Shown here piece after piece: positions 37,417 through 47,617 of a DNA stretch of 64,000 bases (position 1 is the stretch's first letter; each line of letters opens with the position of its first letter). The position numbers and the translations under genes are program-made. Under the pieces are notes generated by a model. It saw only the letters and a list, made by a program, of their open reading frames with translations, was not told the origin of the DNA and did no database searches. The stretch is taken from positions 64,001 through 128,000 of the forward strand of contig JBFWJC010000004.1 in the NCBI GenBank assembly GCA_050253415.1. The letters are read 5' to 3'. The DNA comes from Pedobacter sp. Its GTDB lineage: Bacteria; Desulfobacterota; Desulfuromonadia; Desulfuromonadales; Syntrophotaleaceae.

Positions 37417-40400
37417 ATGCCCGAGCAGAACCTGACGGCCCAACTGGAGAACCTGTGCAAGCAAGGTGACGAGAAAGCCCTGGCCCATCTTGCCGCCGAA
37501 CTGGGATTTGCCCAGAGTTCCAAAAGCGCCGCCAACCTTCTGCTCCTCTACCCCTGGGCCGGCAGTGCCACCAACCTGGCGTATCTCGCGCAACAGGCTT
37601 TGGGCACTGCCGACCCCGATCAGGCCCTGAACGGACTGGAACGTCTGGCGGGGATGCTGTCCCCCGATGATCGACAGGCTCTGTTTCTGTCGACGGAAGG
37701 CTGCCGATCACTGCTTATCGTGTTGGGGGCCTCAACCTTCCTGACCAACATCCTGTGCCGCCGCCCCGCCCTGTGCCGTCCGCTGTTCGTCGATGGCGGA
37801 CTGCTGCGAAACAAACATACCGACTGCATGCTTGACGACCTGCATCGGCTGCCTGTCTCCCCAAAAAACTTCCCCGAACTGCAAAAAGAATTGCGCCTCT
37901 ACAAGCAGCAGGAAATTCTGCGCATCGCCGGGCGTGACCTTGGAGGCCTGGCCCCGCTGGAAGAAGTCACTGCCGAGCTGTCCGACCTGGCCGCCGCCTG
38001 CCTGCAGCGCGCGTTTGAGGTCTGCTCCGAATTGCTGCAGGCCGATCATGGCCTGCCATTGATTACGGACGCAGAGGGGCAACCAGGAAGCATGGCGGAG
38101 TTCGTGGTACTGGCCATGGGCAAGTTCGGCGGCCGGGAACTTAATTTCTCCTCCGATATCGATCTGATTTACTGCTACTCCAATGACGAAGGGCATACCT
38201 CAGGGACCCCTGACGGTAACGGTGGCGTCAAAAACCGCCTGTTGCTGCATCAGTATTTTGTCAAACTGGCCGAATTGGTGACGCGCGCCCTTGGACAGCG
38301 CACCGAGGAGGGGGTGGTGTTCCGGGTCGATCTCAACCTGCGCCCGGAAGGCAAAAGCGGCGAAGTAGTCAACTCCTTGCGCAGCACCGAGGCCTATTAC
38401 GAACACTGGGGGCAAAGCTGGGAACGCTGCGCCATGCTCAAGGCGCGGCCGGTGGCCGGTTGCCTGAAGCTGGGCGAGGAACTCCTGAACTACCTCGAGC
38501 CGTTCATTTACCGCCGGTTTCTCGATTACACCATGATCGAGGATCTCAAGCTGATGAAACAGAAAATCGATCGCAATCTGACCCGCGAGCGGGAGGGGGA
38601 ACTCAACCTCAAACTCGGACGCGGCGGTATTCGCGAAATCGAATTTTTCATCCAGGCCTTGCAGCTGATCCATTCCGGAAAGCAACCGGAACTGCGTGAA
38701 AAAAATTCCCTTAAAGCCTTGGCTCTACTGCGCCGTGACGGACTGGTCGACGAAGAGACTTACCATGTTCTATCAGGGGCCTATACTTTTTTGCGAACCA
38801 CCGAACATCGCATCCAGGTTGAACAGGAGCGACAGACCCATAACCTGCCGCGCAACCCCGACGAGCTGCTCCGGCTCGGGCGCAGTTGCGGGTTCAGCGA
38901 CAAGGAATCTTTCATCGCCGCTCTTGAAGGACACCGCCAGGGGGTGGAAGCTGTCTACCATGATCTGTTCTACACCGGTGAAGAAGAAGCCGGCGCCGAA
39001 GTCAGCCGCGAAGTGCGGGCGTTGCTCGATCCGGCCCTCGATGCGGATCTGGCCAAAGATATCCTGGAGGAAAAAGGCTTTGGCAACCCGGATGCCGCCT
39101 ACGACAACCTGTTAACTCTACGGGACGGTCCGAGTCATGTGCGGCTGTCTCCCATGGGGCATAGGCATCTGGAACGCATCGCCCCCCTACTGTTGCAGGA
39201 GGTGCTCGATTCACCCGAACCGGACATGGCGCTGGACAACCTGGAACGCTTTTTAGCCGGTCTGCATGCCCGGGCCACCTTCTACGCACTGCTGGCCGAA
39301 AACCTGCAAATCCCCAAATTGCTCATCTCCCTGTTCGGCACCAGCCAGTTTCTGTCGCGCAACCTCATTCAACATCCCGAGATCCTCGATATGCTGGTCG
39401 CGCGGGCCCACGCGGTAGAACGCAAGGACAGCGCGACCATGAAACAGGACCTGGAGCGCCTGCTGCATCTGGCCCCCGACTACGAAGGACGGCTCGATGC
39501 CTTGCGCCGGTTTCGCAACGAGGAATTCCTGCGCATCGCCCTGAATGACCTGTACGGAAAAATGCCGCCCCAGGAAGGCCCACGCCAACTGACCCAACTG
39601 GCGGAGGTCTGCCTCAACAAAGCGGTCGCCATCGCCCGGCAGGAGCTGCTGCCGCGTTTCGGCCTGCCGGTATACCAGGAAGAGGACGGCACAGTCCGAG
39701 AAGCGGACTTCGTTATCGTCGGCATGGGCAAACTGGGGGGCAAGGAGCTTACCTACCACTCCGATCTGGACATCATCTTTATCTTTGAGGGGGAGGGATA
39801 TACCACCACTGCACCGGAAAGTGACCCCAAACGCTTCCGCCAGCGCAGCCTCCAGGAGTATTTTACGCATCTGGCCCAGCGTATCATCTCCATCCTGAGC
39901 CTGATTACCCGCGAGGGGTACGTCTACCGTCTCGACACCCGGTTGCGGCCCTCGGGCCACCAGGGTCCGCTGGTCACCAGCCTGGCATCCTTCCGTGCCT
40001 ACCACAAATCATCGGCGCAACTCTGGGAACGCCAATCCCTGATCAAGGCAAGGGTCGTGACCGGCCCGGGCACGCTGGCCGACCGCATCACCGCCTATAC
40101 CCGCGACATCGTCTACCATCGCCCCCTGCCCGCTGAACACAGACAGGAAATCTATCAGCTGCGCCAGCGCATGGAGCAGGAACTCGCCAAGGAGGATGGC
40201 GGACGACGCGACATCAAGACCGGTCGCGGCGGACTGGTTGATGTTGAATTCCTCGTCCAATACCTGCAGCTGCTGCATGGCGGAAGCCTCCCCCCTCTAC
40301 AGGTTCATAACACGCTGGAGGCACTCAAGGCGCTGCGACACGAAACGGTGCTGAGCAAAACCGACTATCGCCTGCTGGCCAGCGGCTACCAGTTTTTACG

Positions 40401-40605
40401 GCGCCTGGAAAACCGCCTGCGCCTGGTCCATGACCAGTCTATCAATTCCTTTTCCGGCGACACGGCCACATTGGCGAAGCTGGCCCGACGCCTTGGCTAC
40501 CAACAGGATCAAGCCGACCAGCGATTGATGACCGATTACCACAACGCCACAGAAAACATACGCGCTATTTTCGACCGTTATCTTGCTCCGGAAAAGTCGA
40601 TTTAA
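37417..40605 (+). CDS. glnE: Bifunctional glutamine synthetase adenylyltransferase/deadenylase
   Basis: Two nucleotidyltransferase domains (MGKFGGRELNFSSDIDL; MGKLGGKELTYHSDLD), with GRGGIREIEF and GRGGLVDVEF. Confidence 0.97.
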   Translation: MPEQNLTAQLENLCKQGDEKALAHLAAELGFAQSSKSAANLLLLYPWAGSATNLAYLAQQALGTADPDQALNGLERLAGMLSPDDRQALFLSTEGCRSLLIVLGASTFLTNILCRRPALCRPLFVDGGLLRNKHTDCMLDDLHRLPVSPKNFPELQKELRLYKQQEILRIAGRDLGGLAPLEEVTAELSDLAAACLQRAFEVCSELLQADHGLPLITDAEGQPGSMAEFVVLAMGKFGGRELNFSSDIDLIYCYSNDEGHTSGTPDGNGGVKNRLLLHQYFVKLAELVTRALGQRTEEGVVFRVDLNLRPEGKSGEVVNSLRSTEAYYEHWGQSWERCAMLKARPVAGCLKLGEELLNYLEPFIYRRFLDYTMIEDLKLMKQKIDRNLTREREGELNLKLGRGGIREIEFFIQALQLIHSGKQPELREKNSLKALALLRRDGLVDEETYHVLSGAYTFLRTTEHRIQVEQERQTHNLPRNPDELLRLGRSCGFSDKESFIAALEGHRQGVEAVYHDLFYTGEEEAGAEVSREVRALLDPALDADLAKDILEEKGFGNPDAAYDNLLTLRDGPSHVRLSPMGHRHLERIAPLLLQEVLDSPEPDMALDNLERFLAGLHARATFYALLAENLQIPKLLISLFGTSQFLSRNLIQHPEILDMLVARAHAVERKDSATMKQDLERLLHLAPDYEGRLDALRRFRNEEFLRIALNDLYGKMPPQEGPRQLTQLAEVCLNKAVAIARQELLPRFGLPVYQEEDGTVREADFVIVGMGKLGGKELTYHSDLDIIFIFEGEGYTTTAPESDPKRFRQRSLQEYFTHLAQRIISILSLITREGYVYRLDTRLRPSGHQGPLVTSLASFRAYHKSSAQLWERQSLIKARVVTGPGTLADRITAYTRDIVYHRPLPAEHRQEIYQLRQRMEQELAKEDGGRRDIKTGRGGLVDVEFLVQYLQLLHGGSLPPLQVHNTLEALKALRHETVLSKTDYRLLASGYQFLRRLENRLRLVHDQSINSFSGDTATLAKLARRLGYQQDQADQRLMTDYHNATENIRAIFDRYLAPEKSI

Positions 40606-40687
40606 CGGATAAGACCGCATCGACTCCGACTTGCACTTCGCCTTTTCGGTGTTTTAATGGAGAGGTGACATTCGGCAAGGAGGAATC

Positions 40688-41539
40688 ATGATCCGGTGGT
40701 ACTTTTTCCTGTGGATGGCCCTGGTACTGCTGCCCGGCCCGGTCTTGGCCGCGGCTCCCGATATGACTGGCATATTCCCAGCCGTTGCGACCCCCGGCAG
40801 CACCGTGACCATTATCGGCGGCCCTTTCGAGCAGCAAGTCCAAGTCGTTTTCGGAGACCGGACTTTGCGTCCGGCAGGCATAGCGGAAAAGCAATTAACC
40901 TTTGTTGTACCGCAACTTGCCGAAGGGGATTACCTGCTTTTTTTGCAGGCAGGGGAGCAACACTCGGAACGCAGTCTCTTCTTTCGGGTCGTTCTTCCCG
41001 CCCCGAGCATAACCAGCCTGACTCCGTCAAAAATTGAAGCCTGTACGACCGGCGAGCAGCGCCAGGTGGTGCTGCAGGGACGCGACCTGCACCGCGGCGT
41101 TCAGGTACTGCTGGACGGTGTGGCCCTGGCGGCAGGCCAAAGCGGCAACACCCTGACCTTCACCCTTCCCGAGATGACGCCTGGCTTGCATCAGGTCCAG
41201 GTGATCAACCCCGACGGCAAACGCTCCGTTCCCGTCAGTCTGCTTGTCGATGCCCTGCCGGAAATACAAAGTGTTTCCCGGGGAGAGGAAAACGTCAACT
41301 ATTACGAACTGCTTGTCTCCGGCAAAAATTTTTCCTACAACTCCACCCTGGTGGTCAACGGCCGCCCGATAACACCCTTTTATCCGGGTTCTTTACAGGT
41401 TGACAGCATCACTTTCCGCAACTGCAAAACCCTCATATACAAACGCTATCCGGCCAGCAGCCAACCGACCCAAATCAACCTGCAAATCATCAACCCCGAT
41501 GGCAAGGAAAGCGCCGTTTACACGCTTAGCGCACCTTGA
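40688..41539 (+). CDS. Exported IPT/TIG-domain protein
   Basis: Signal peptide and three Ig-like repeats (PAVATPGSTVTIIGGPF; PSITSLTP...VINPDGK; VSGKNF...IINPDGK). Confidence 0.8.
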   Translation: MIRWYFFLWMALVLLPGPVLAAAPDMTGIFPAVATPGSTVTIIGGPFEQQVQVVFGDRTLRPAGIAEKQLTFVVPQLAEGDYLLFLQAGEQHSERSLFFRVVLPAPSITSLTPSKIEACTTGEQRQVVLQGRDLHRGVQVLLDGVALAAGQSGNTLTFTLPEMTPGLHQVQVINPDGKRSVPVSLLVDALPEIQSVSRGEENVNYYELLVSGKNFSYNSTLVVNGRPITPFYPGSLQVDSITFRNCKTLIYKRYPASSQPTQINLQIINPDGKESAVYTLSAP

Positions 41540-41604
41540 ATTCACCAAGATCCTCGTCAGAGGGCCGGTGCGGTCATTTATGTGCAAAGGCTTGTTTATC
41601 TGGT

Positions 41605-41728
41605 TTTTACCACGAAGGCCACGAAGTGCACGAAGAAGACCTTGAAATACGAAAGATCAGCCATTAATTTTTAGTCAAAGACAAGTTCTTGTTTTTCCTT
41701 CGTGTCCTTCGTGCTCTTCGTGGTGAAA
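41605..41728. repeat. REP/MITE-like inverted repeat built from 9-bp CACGAAGNN units
   Basis: Left arm TTTTACCACGAAGGCCACGAAGTGCACGAAGAA; right arm TTCCTTCGTGTCCTTCGTGCTCTTCGTGGTGAAA (three units per arm, inverted); AT-rich spacer; lies between convergent genes. Confidence 0.8.
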
Positions 41729-41784
41729 TACGCCTTCCATTCCGTGCAGAACCAAGCAGTCAAACGCAAAGCAAAAAAACCGGT

Positions 41785-42645
41785 CTACTGCAGCTTACGC
41801 ACCTGGTAACCACGCCGACGCAGCATGGCAAGCAGACCGTCTTCGCCGACCAGATGCCCCGCGCCTACCAGGATCAACTCTTTTTGCGGGGTGCGCAGGT
41901 ATTCCTCGATAGCCGGCAACCAAGCTCGGTTACGATCGACAAACAGCATCTTGTAAACCGTCGGGAATTTTTCCCGGACTTCGGTAGAAGTCAAAGCCTC
42001 CAGGGTCGCTTCATCCCCTGTGCGCCAGGCCGCGATTAAACGGTCGAAAACTTCATCAAGTTGTTCCATATCCTCAAGGCAGGATGCCATAAAAGCATCT
42101 TCGTTACCCTGCCCGAGATTCAGGATAAAATCGACCTGCTGCCCGACCGTCTCCAACGCGTCGACGGATTTACCGTCGGAGATTGCCTTTCCATGGAAAA
42201 ACTGATCGACCCCGCCGGCATCCACCCCGCGTTTCTGCAGCTCCAGAGTCAACAAGGTAACGGCCAGAATGGAAGGCTTGAAACGCGTCAGGTTCTCAAA
42301 CGTAATACCGCGACTCTGGCAATAATTTTTAAGCTTGTTATAGGTCCCGGGGGACAGGACGTCGGCAAGGGTTCTGCCATCCTGATAGATGGCTCCGGCC
42401 ATGATCATCTGCTGAACCTCAGGGGTATTCATCTGACCGGGGTCCGCTTCGAATACAACCTCCTGCACGGCATTGTAAGCCCGCCCAAACTCGGCCGGCA
42501 GCGGATAATCCGCAAGCCGCAACACATGGCAGGTCCCTCCCAGATAGGCAAGGGAACCGCCCGACCGAACTTCCCACAAAGAGGTTGCACCCCATACCGA
42601 GCCAGGCAGAACAAGTAAAAGAGCGCATAGAAACATTTTCTTCAT
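41785..42645 (-). CDS. TraB/GumN (Tiki) family protein
   Basis: Signal peptide, YLGGTCH, GVDQFF, ALETVGQQ, DRNRAW and VGAGHLVG. Confidence 0.9.
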   Translation of the reverse strand: MKKMFLCALLLVLPGSVWGATSLWEVRSGGSLAYLGGTCHVLRLADYPLPAEFGRAYNAVQEVVFEADPGQMNTPEVQQMIMAGAIYQDGRTLADVLSPGTYNKLKNYCQSRGITFENLTRFKPSILAVTLLTLELQKRGVDAGGVDQFFHGKAISDGKSVDALETVGQQVDFILNLGQGNEDAFMASCLEDMEQLDEVFDRLIAAWRTGDEATLEALTSTEVREKFPTVYKMLFVDRNRAWLPAIEEYLRTPQKELILVGAGHLVGEDGLLAMLRRRGYQVRKLQ

Positions 42646-42707
42646 GACTATCCCCTATCCCCGCGTAACGGTATTCATCGTCCGACAAACTTTTCAGGTC
42701 GGAGCCC

Positions 42708-42917
42708 TCAGACGATCTGTATTTTATGCCCTTCGAATTCCACCAATTGCCCCTGGCGAATTTTACAGCGCTTGCGCAATTCGACCTGACCGTCGACCCG
42801 GACCTGTCCGTCGGCAATCAGGCATTTGGCGATCCCGCCGCTGCCGCACAATCCTGTTACCTTCAACAAACTGGTCAGTTCGATAAATTCGTGACCTTCC
42901 AACGCAAATTCTTCCAT
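42708..42917 (-). CDS. S4-domain RNA-binding protein (YbcJ/YaaA-like)
   Basis: FIELTSLLKVTG...GGIAK...VDGQVELRKRCKI; start MEEFAL. Confidence 0.9.
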   Translation of the reverse strand: MEEFALEGHEFIELTSLLKVTGLCGSGGIAKCLIADGQVRVDGQVELRKRCKIRQGQLVEFEGHKIQIV

Positions 42918-43138
42918 AGAGCGTTTCATCCTCACTGGGTGGTTACCATCCTCAGCCTCCAAAGGAAACTTGGGAAAAAAGAAAGCTATCGTTCACGACA
43001 AAAAAACATTATGTCGCGACAATGCTCGCGGGTCAATCACTGCTATCACTTTGATAAAAAGTAATTTTCTGCATCAATGGCCTTGCCGCCAACAGCTGGC
43101 CTGTGGTACCAATGCAAAACTTTTTCTTGAGAGGCTCC

Positions 43139-44779
43139 ATGATTCACCTTACGAATATTTCCAAACAATACGGCTCACAGGTTCTTTTTCTGGGAGCCAG
43201 TTTTCAGATTCCCGCCGGTACGCGAACCGGTCTGGTCGGCCCCAACGGTGCCGGCAAAACCTCGGTTTTCCGCCTGATAACCGGCGAAGAAACCATTGAT
43301 AGCGGCGAAATTACCTGCGCAAAAAAAACCGTTATCGGCTATTTCTCTCAGGATGTCGGAGATATGGCCGGCAGGTCGGCGCTGGCGGAAGTCATGGCCG
43401 CCTCGGCCAGGACCATGGAATTGGGCCGCCAGATCGCCGAGATGGAAGCCGCTATGTGCGAGCCGATGGAAGACGATGCCCTGGCGACGCTGCTGGAACG
43501 CTATGGCGACGCCCAGGAGGAATTCGAACACCGCGGCGGTTACGATCTTGAAAGCCGTGCCCAGTCGGTACTGACCGGCCTCGGCATCGGTCCCGAAGCC
43601 TACGATCGCCCTGTAGAAGCCTTCAGCGGCGGCTGGAAGATGCGTATCGCGCTGGCCAAAATCCTCACCCTGAACCCCGACGTGTTGCTGCTCGACGAAC
43701 CGACCAACCATCTCGATGTGGAATCGATCGTCTGGCTGGAAAATTGGCTGTCCGAGGAATACAAAGGTGCGGTGCTGATGACCAGCCATGACCGCGACTT
43801 TATGAACCGTCTGGTGTCCCGCATTATCGAGGTCGGCAATCAGACCGTCACCACCTACGGCGGCAACTACGATTTTTACCTGCGTGAGCGGGAAATCCGG
43901 CGCGAACAGCTCCTGGCCAGCCATCGCCGCCAGCAGGAAATGCTGGCCAAGGAAGAGGAATTCATCGCCCGCTTCGCGGCCCGCGCCTCGCATGCGGCCC
44001 AGGTGCAGTCACGCGTGAAAAAACTGGAAAAAATCGAGCGCATCAAGCTGCCGCCCGAACAGAAAGTGATGCGCTTCGAATTCGCCGAACCGCCACGCAG
44101 CGGTGATGATGTGGTCGCCATGCAGGACCTGGCCAAGACCTGGAAAACGCCTGAAGGCGGCGAGCATCCGGTCTTCAGCGGGATTTCCGGACTGATCCGG
44201 CGCGGCGAAAAGATCGCCGTGGTCGGGGTGAACGGTGCCGGTAAATCGACCTTCCTCAAAGTGCTTGCGAGCCAGACAGATCCCACCTCGGGAACGGTAA
44301 CCATCGGCGCCAACGTGCATCTGGGCTATTTCAGCCAGCACTCCATGGACATTCTCGACCCCAGAAAAACCGTTTTCGAAACGGTCAGCGAGGCGCTGCC
44401 CATGGCGACGGTCGGGGTCGTGCGCAACCTTTGCGCCGCCTTTCTGTTTCAGGGCGACGACGTGGAAAAACGGATCGAGATCCTGTCCGGCGGAGAGAAG
44501 AGCCGCGTGGTGCTGGCGACCCTGCTGGCCAAACCGATCAATTTCCTGATCCTCGACGAACCGACCAACCACCTGGACATCGTTTCCCGCGAGATCCTGC
44601 TCGAGGCTCTGAAAACATTCGCCGGTACCGTGGTGCTGGTCAGTCATGACCGTCACTTCCTGCGTAGCCTGGTCAATCGCGTTTTCGAGGTCGACCACGG
44701 CCAGATGCTGGCTTACGAAGGCGATTACGACTATTACCTGCATAAATCGGGACGCGGGGCAATCGCCACTCAGCCGTAA
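43139..44779 (+). CDS. ABC-F family ATP-binding protein
   Basis: Two ABC cassettes (GPNGAGKT, FSGGWKMR, LLLDEPTNHLD; GVNGAGKS, LSGGEK, LILDEPTNHLD) and no TM segments. Confidence 0.94.
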   Translation: MIHLTNISKQYGSQVLFLGASFQIPAGTRTGLVGPNGAGKTSVFRLITGEETIDSGEITCAKKTVIGYFSQDVGDMAGRSALAEVMAASARTMELGRQIAEMEAAMCEPMEDDALATLLERYGDAQEEFEHRGGYDLESRAQSVLTGLGIGPEAYDRPVEAFSGGWKMRIALAKILTLNPDVLLLDEPTNHLDVESIVWLENWLSEEYKGAVLMTSHDRDFMNRLVSRIIEVGNQTVTTYGGNYDFYLREREIRREQLLASHRRQQEMLAKEEEFIARFAARASHAAQVQSRVKKLEKIERIKLPPEQKVMRFEFAEPPRSGDDVVAMQDLAKTWKTPEGGEHPVFSGISGLIRRGEKIAVVGVNGAGKSTFLKVLASQTDPTSGTVTIGANVHLGYFSQHSMDILDPRKTVFETVSEALPMATVGVVRNLCAAFLFQGDDVEKRIEILSGGEKSRVVLATLLAKPINFLILDEPTNHLDIVSREILLEALKTFAGTVVLVSHDRHFLRSLVNRVFEVDHGQMLAYEGDYDYYLHKSGRGAIATQP

Positions 44780-44914
44780 ACAAGATTCATACTGCGCTTT
44801 ACTGTGCGCTAGGCACTGGCTTTGGCTTATTACCCAAACGAGCCCCTTGGTCCCCCTTTCCGGCGACTGATAAATCCTGGAAAAACGAATAATCAATTTT
44901 GGGCACAAATAAGA

Positions 44915-44945
44915 CGGCCCAACCTATGGTAGATAGGTTGGGCCG
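44915..44945. terminator. Terminator hairpin between the convergent ABC-F and DUF554 genes
   Basis: 13-bp perfect stem CGGCCCAACCTAT-ggtag-ATAGGTTGGGCCG. Confidence 0.75.
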
Positions 44946-44994
44946 AGCTTTGTTGGGTGAGGCAACAAAGAAGGTGATTGCTCAAAAATCTAAA

Positions 44995-45681
44995 TCAAGC
45001 CATACCAAAAACCCAGAGCAGACCGATAACGACAAATACGGCAGGAAGCAGATTCCCTATCGGCAGTCGTTTGATCCCGAGTAGGTCGATGGCGATAGCA
45101 ACAATCAGTAATCCCCCCACGGCGTTCATCTCATTCATTACGGGTTCAGTTAGTATCGCGGTGGCTTGTCCGGCTATCAAAGTAATACCGCCCTGGTATA
45201 GAAGTAACGGGATAATAGAGAAAATAACACCCATGCCCAGGGTGGAGGTCAGGGCAATCGATGCAACGCCATCAAGTGCTGCTTTTGCATAGAGAATAGT
45301 TGGCTTGCCGCCCATACCATCTTGCAAAGCACCCATGATTGCCATGGCACCAACACAATAAAGCAGGCTCGCCGTGATAAAGCCCTCGGAAATTTTTCCC
45401 ATACCAGAAAAACGCTGCTGCAATCGTTCTCCGAAGTTTTCCAATTGCTTTTCGACGCCGAATATCTCGCCGATCAGGCCACCTAAAATTAGACCGCCAA
45501 TCACAATCATGATCTGATTGCTTTTCAAGGCAAGTTGGAAACCAATCAGTAGCGTTGCGAGTCCCAACGCCACCATCATGGTTTGTCTCATCCTCGCAGA
45601 TAGTAAGTCTCCGATCCACTTTCCAGCCAAACAGCCTATGACAACAGCCGCAATATTAACTAAAGTCCCTTGGACAATCAT
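44995..45681 (-). CDS. DUF554 family membrane protein
   Basis: GTLVNIAAV, EGFITASLLYCVGAMAIMGA, KAALDG, YQGGIT and GNLLPA. Confidence 0.9.
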   Translation of the reverse strand: MIVQGTLVNIAAVVIGCLAGKWIGDLLSARMRQTMMVALGLATLLIGFQLALKSNQIMIVIGGLILGGLIGEIFGVEKQLENFGERLQQRFSGMGKISEGFITASLLYCVGAMAIMGALQDGMGGKPTILYAKAALDGVASIALTSTLGMGVIFSIIPLLLYQGGITLIAGQATAILTEPVMNEMNAVGGLLIVAIAIDLLGIKRLPIGNLLPAVFVVIGLLWVFGMA

Positions 45682-46024
45682 TAAATATCCCCGAATGTGA
45701 AAGATTGACACACGGCGAAAAATAACACACGAGAAATGATCGGGTCAAAACATAGGTATCTCAGAAATAACACTACTACTTCAGAAGGCAAGAATTGGCT
45801 AAGTCGACCTATGTCCTCCCCCCCTGCATCCAGAAAACTTGTTAAACGCTGCTCCAGCCCCACAAAGCTACTTTTTTGTGACTCGCAGAGCTGCTGAAAA
45901 GCGACCAATTCGTGTTCCTGCAAAAATTGACCTGAATGCTTTCGAATGGGAGAAGAACCCAAGGATAATCACTGCCAGAAATTTTTCCGGACAAAAATAA
46001 AGAATTTTTCAACACGTTAAGAGA

Positions 46025-46049
46025 ACCCCGGGCCTGAAAGGCCCGGGGT
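46025..46049 (-). terminator. Terminator hairpin after the small protein gene
   Basis: ACCCCGGGCCT-gaa-AGGCCCGGGGT, 9 bp after the stop. Confidence 0.75.
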
Positions 46050-46057
46050 GGCGTTCG

Positions 46058-46249
46058 CTAACTGCGACCTTTTTCTTCGCATTCATGAAAATCCCAACAA
46101 CAGCGACTGCCATTATCGGTATCGACCACCAGGTGGTCCATGGAACAGCTCACCACGCGTCCTTCTTCGTGGGTTGAGGGATGACTGATAATCGCGTCAT
46201 GGCCGGATTGTACTTCCTTGCATAGATATTCGAAACGATCCTTTCTCAT
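46058..46249 (-). CDS. Small hypothetical protein (63 aa)
   Basis: Strong RBS (AAGGAG), own terminator and no overlap with other genes. Confidence 0.7.
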   Translation of the reverse strand: MRKDRFEYLCKEVQSGHDAIISHPSTHEEGRVVSCSMDHLVVDTDNGSRCCWDFHECEEKGRS

Positions 46250-46462
46250 CGTAAGTCTCCTTTTAAACGGGGCTGCCGGTTTGCAGCATCCCTTTTGCGT
46301 TCCACCTTCGACACATCGAGGTATGGCGGAACAACTTATTCATTTTACCACCATGACAGTCATCAATGCCACCCGGCCGCTCTGTGGCCCGTCAGAATTA
46401 ACGCCACCTTGCGCTGGTGGTCCCTAATCGCCGCAATGACCGAAGTGGCCGAAATCCTAAAA

Positions 46463-46488
46463 AAATCCCCGCTTGCAGGCGGGGATTT
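46463..46488 (-). terminator. Rho-independent terminator after the PNPOx-family gene
   Basis: AAATCCCCGC-ttgcag-GCGGGGATTT with a T tail on the minus strand. Confidence 0.8.
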
Positions 46489-46564
46489 CCAAGATAAACG
46501 ACACCATTTGTTCAAAGGTGCTTAAGCGGATGGCCGTAGCAAACGCAAAGCTCCGGTGAGCTTA

Positions 46565-46957
46565 TCACACCACGATATCAGGCGTGCCGGGTCCCAAAAG
46601 ATTGAGGATCTTCTCCAGCTCGAAAACAACCAGAAACTTGGTCCCCTGCATGTAATCCTGACTCACACAGCGCCGAGACAGGCTTTCGATAAGCTCAGGA
46701 TCGGTATCCTCCCGAAGTTTTTTCAAAAACAGCCTTACGCCCCTGTACCCTTCACCCTTTTCCATGAAAAGGAAGGTTGCATGGGGGTTGGTTTGAAGGT
46801 TTTTGTGGGTCAACCTATCGAGCATGATAAAGGCAGCCGTACCGTCTTCCAGTATATGGGGTCGGGCATAAATAGCCGCATCGACCCTGCCTTGCGCATC
46901 GGCGGTAGCAAGCACGCCGGTGCCTGTCGTCTTTTCAAAATAGTCCTTTAAATCCAT
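46565..46957 (-). CDS. Pyridoxamine 5'-phosphate oxidase family (FMN-binding split barrel) protein
   Basis: GVLATADAQG, IYARPH, THKNLQTNPHA and GYRGVRL. Confidence 0.85.
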   Translation of the reverse strand: MDLKDYFEKTTGTGVLATADAQGRVDAAIYARPHILEDGTAAFIMLDRLTHKNLQTNPHATFLFMEKGEGYRGVRLFLKKLREDTDPELIESLSRRCVSQDYMQGTKFLVVFELEKILNLLGPGTPDIVV

Positions 46958-46988
46958 GATGCTCTCCCTTGTTGGGTACCTTATGACA

Positions 46989-47016
46989 AAGGCCCCCGTA
47001 TATCAACGGAGGCCTT
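46989..47016 (-). terminator. Terminator-like hairpin after tpx
   Basis: Minus strand AAGGCCTCCGT-tgatat-ACGGGGGCCTT (one G-U pair), right after the tpx stop. Confidence 0.6.
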
Positions 47017-47020
47017 AAGA

Positions 47021-47539
47021 TCAGAGCAGTTGCTTCACGGCATCCAGCGCCGCCTGGTAATCAGGTTCTTCGGCAACCTCGCCCACCAGTTGGAAATAAC
47101 GCAGTTTATCGTCACGATCGATAACCATGACCGCCCGCGCCAAAAGCTTGAGCTCCTTGATCAGCAGGCCGTAATCGAGACCGAAAGAGCGGTCCTGATA
47201 ATCGGACAGGGTCTGTACTTTATCGATCCCTGCGTTGCCGCACCAGCGTGCCTGCGCAAAGGGCAGATCGACGCTGACGGTATAGACCACCACGTCATCA
47301 GGCAATTTTGCAGCCTGTTGGTTGAAATTGCGGGTCATGGTATCGCAGACCGGGGTGTCCAGCGACGGAACCACGGTAAGCAGGCGAACCTTACCGGCGG
47401 AATCGGCCAAACTGACCGGTTGCAGCGCGTTGTCCAGCAGTTTAAATGGCGGAGCGGTAACACCAACTTTCAAGGAGGCCCCCATAAGAGTCAGAGGATT
47501 GCCTTTAAATGTCACCAGTCCTGTTCGTTCTTCGGGCAT
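47021..47539 (-). CDS. tpx: Thiol peroxidase (atypical 2-Cys peroxiredoxin)
   Basis: VTFKGNP, VPSLDTPVC, SVDLPFAQARWC and EEPDY; start MPEERT with RBS AAGGAG. Confidence 0.95.
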   Translation of the reverse strand: MPEERTGLVTFKGNPLTLMGASLKVGVTAPPFKLLDNALQPVSLADSAGKVRLLTVVPSLDTPVCDTMTRNFNQQAAKLPDDVVVYTVSVDLPFAQARWCGNAGIDKVQTLSDYQDRSFGLDYGLLIKELKLLARAVMVIDRDDKLRYFQLVGEVAEEPDYQAALDAVKQLL

Positions 47540-47617
47540 GGTTATGCTCCTTTCATAGGTGTGGATCATATGGGATAAGATTACCGCAACCCGATCAAGG
47601 GTCAAATTGATAATAAC

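Noticed and set aside
41605..41728. CACGAAG repeats as a mini-CRISPR
   Set aside because: Units are 9 bp with 2-nt linkers arranged as an inverted pair; no spacer-length sequences and no cas genes.
45681..45962. 93-aa minus-strand ORF upstream of DUF554
   Set aside because: TTG start, no recognisable domain; more likely promoter DNA or an unidentifiable remnant.
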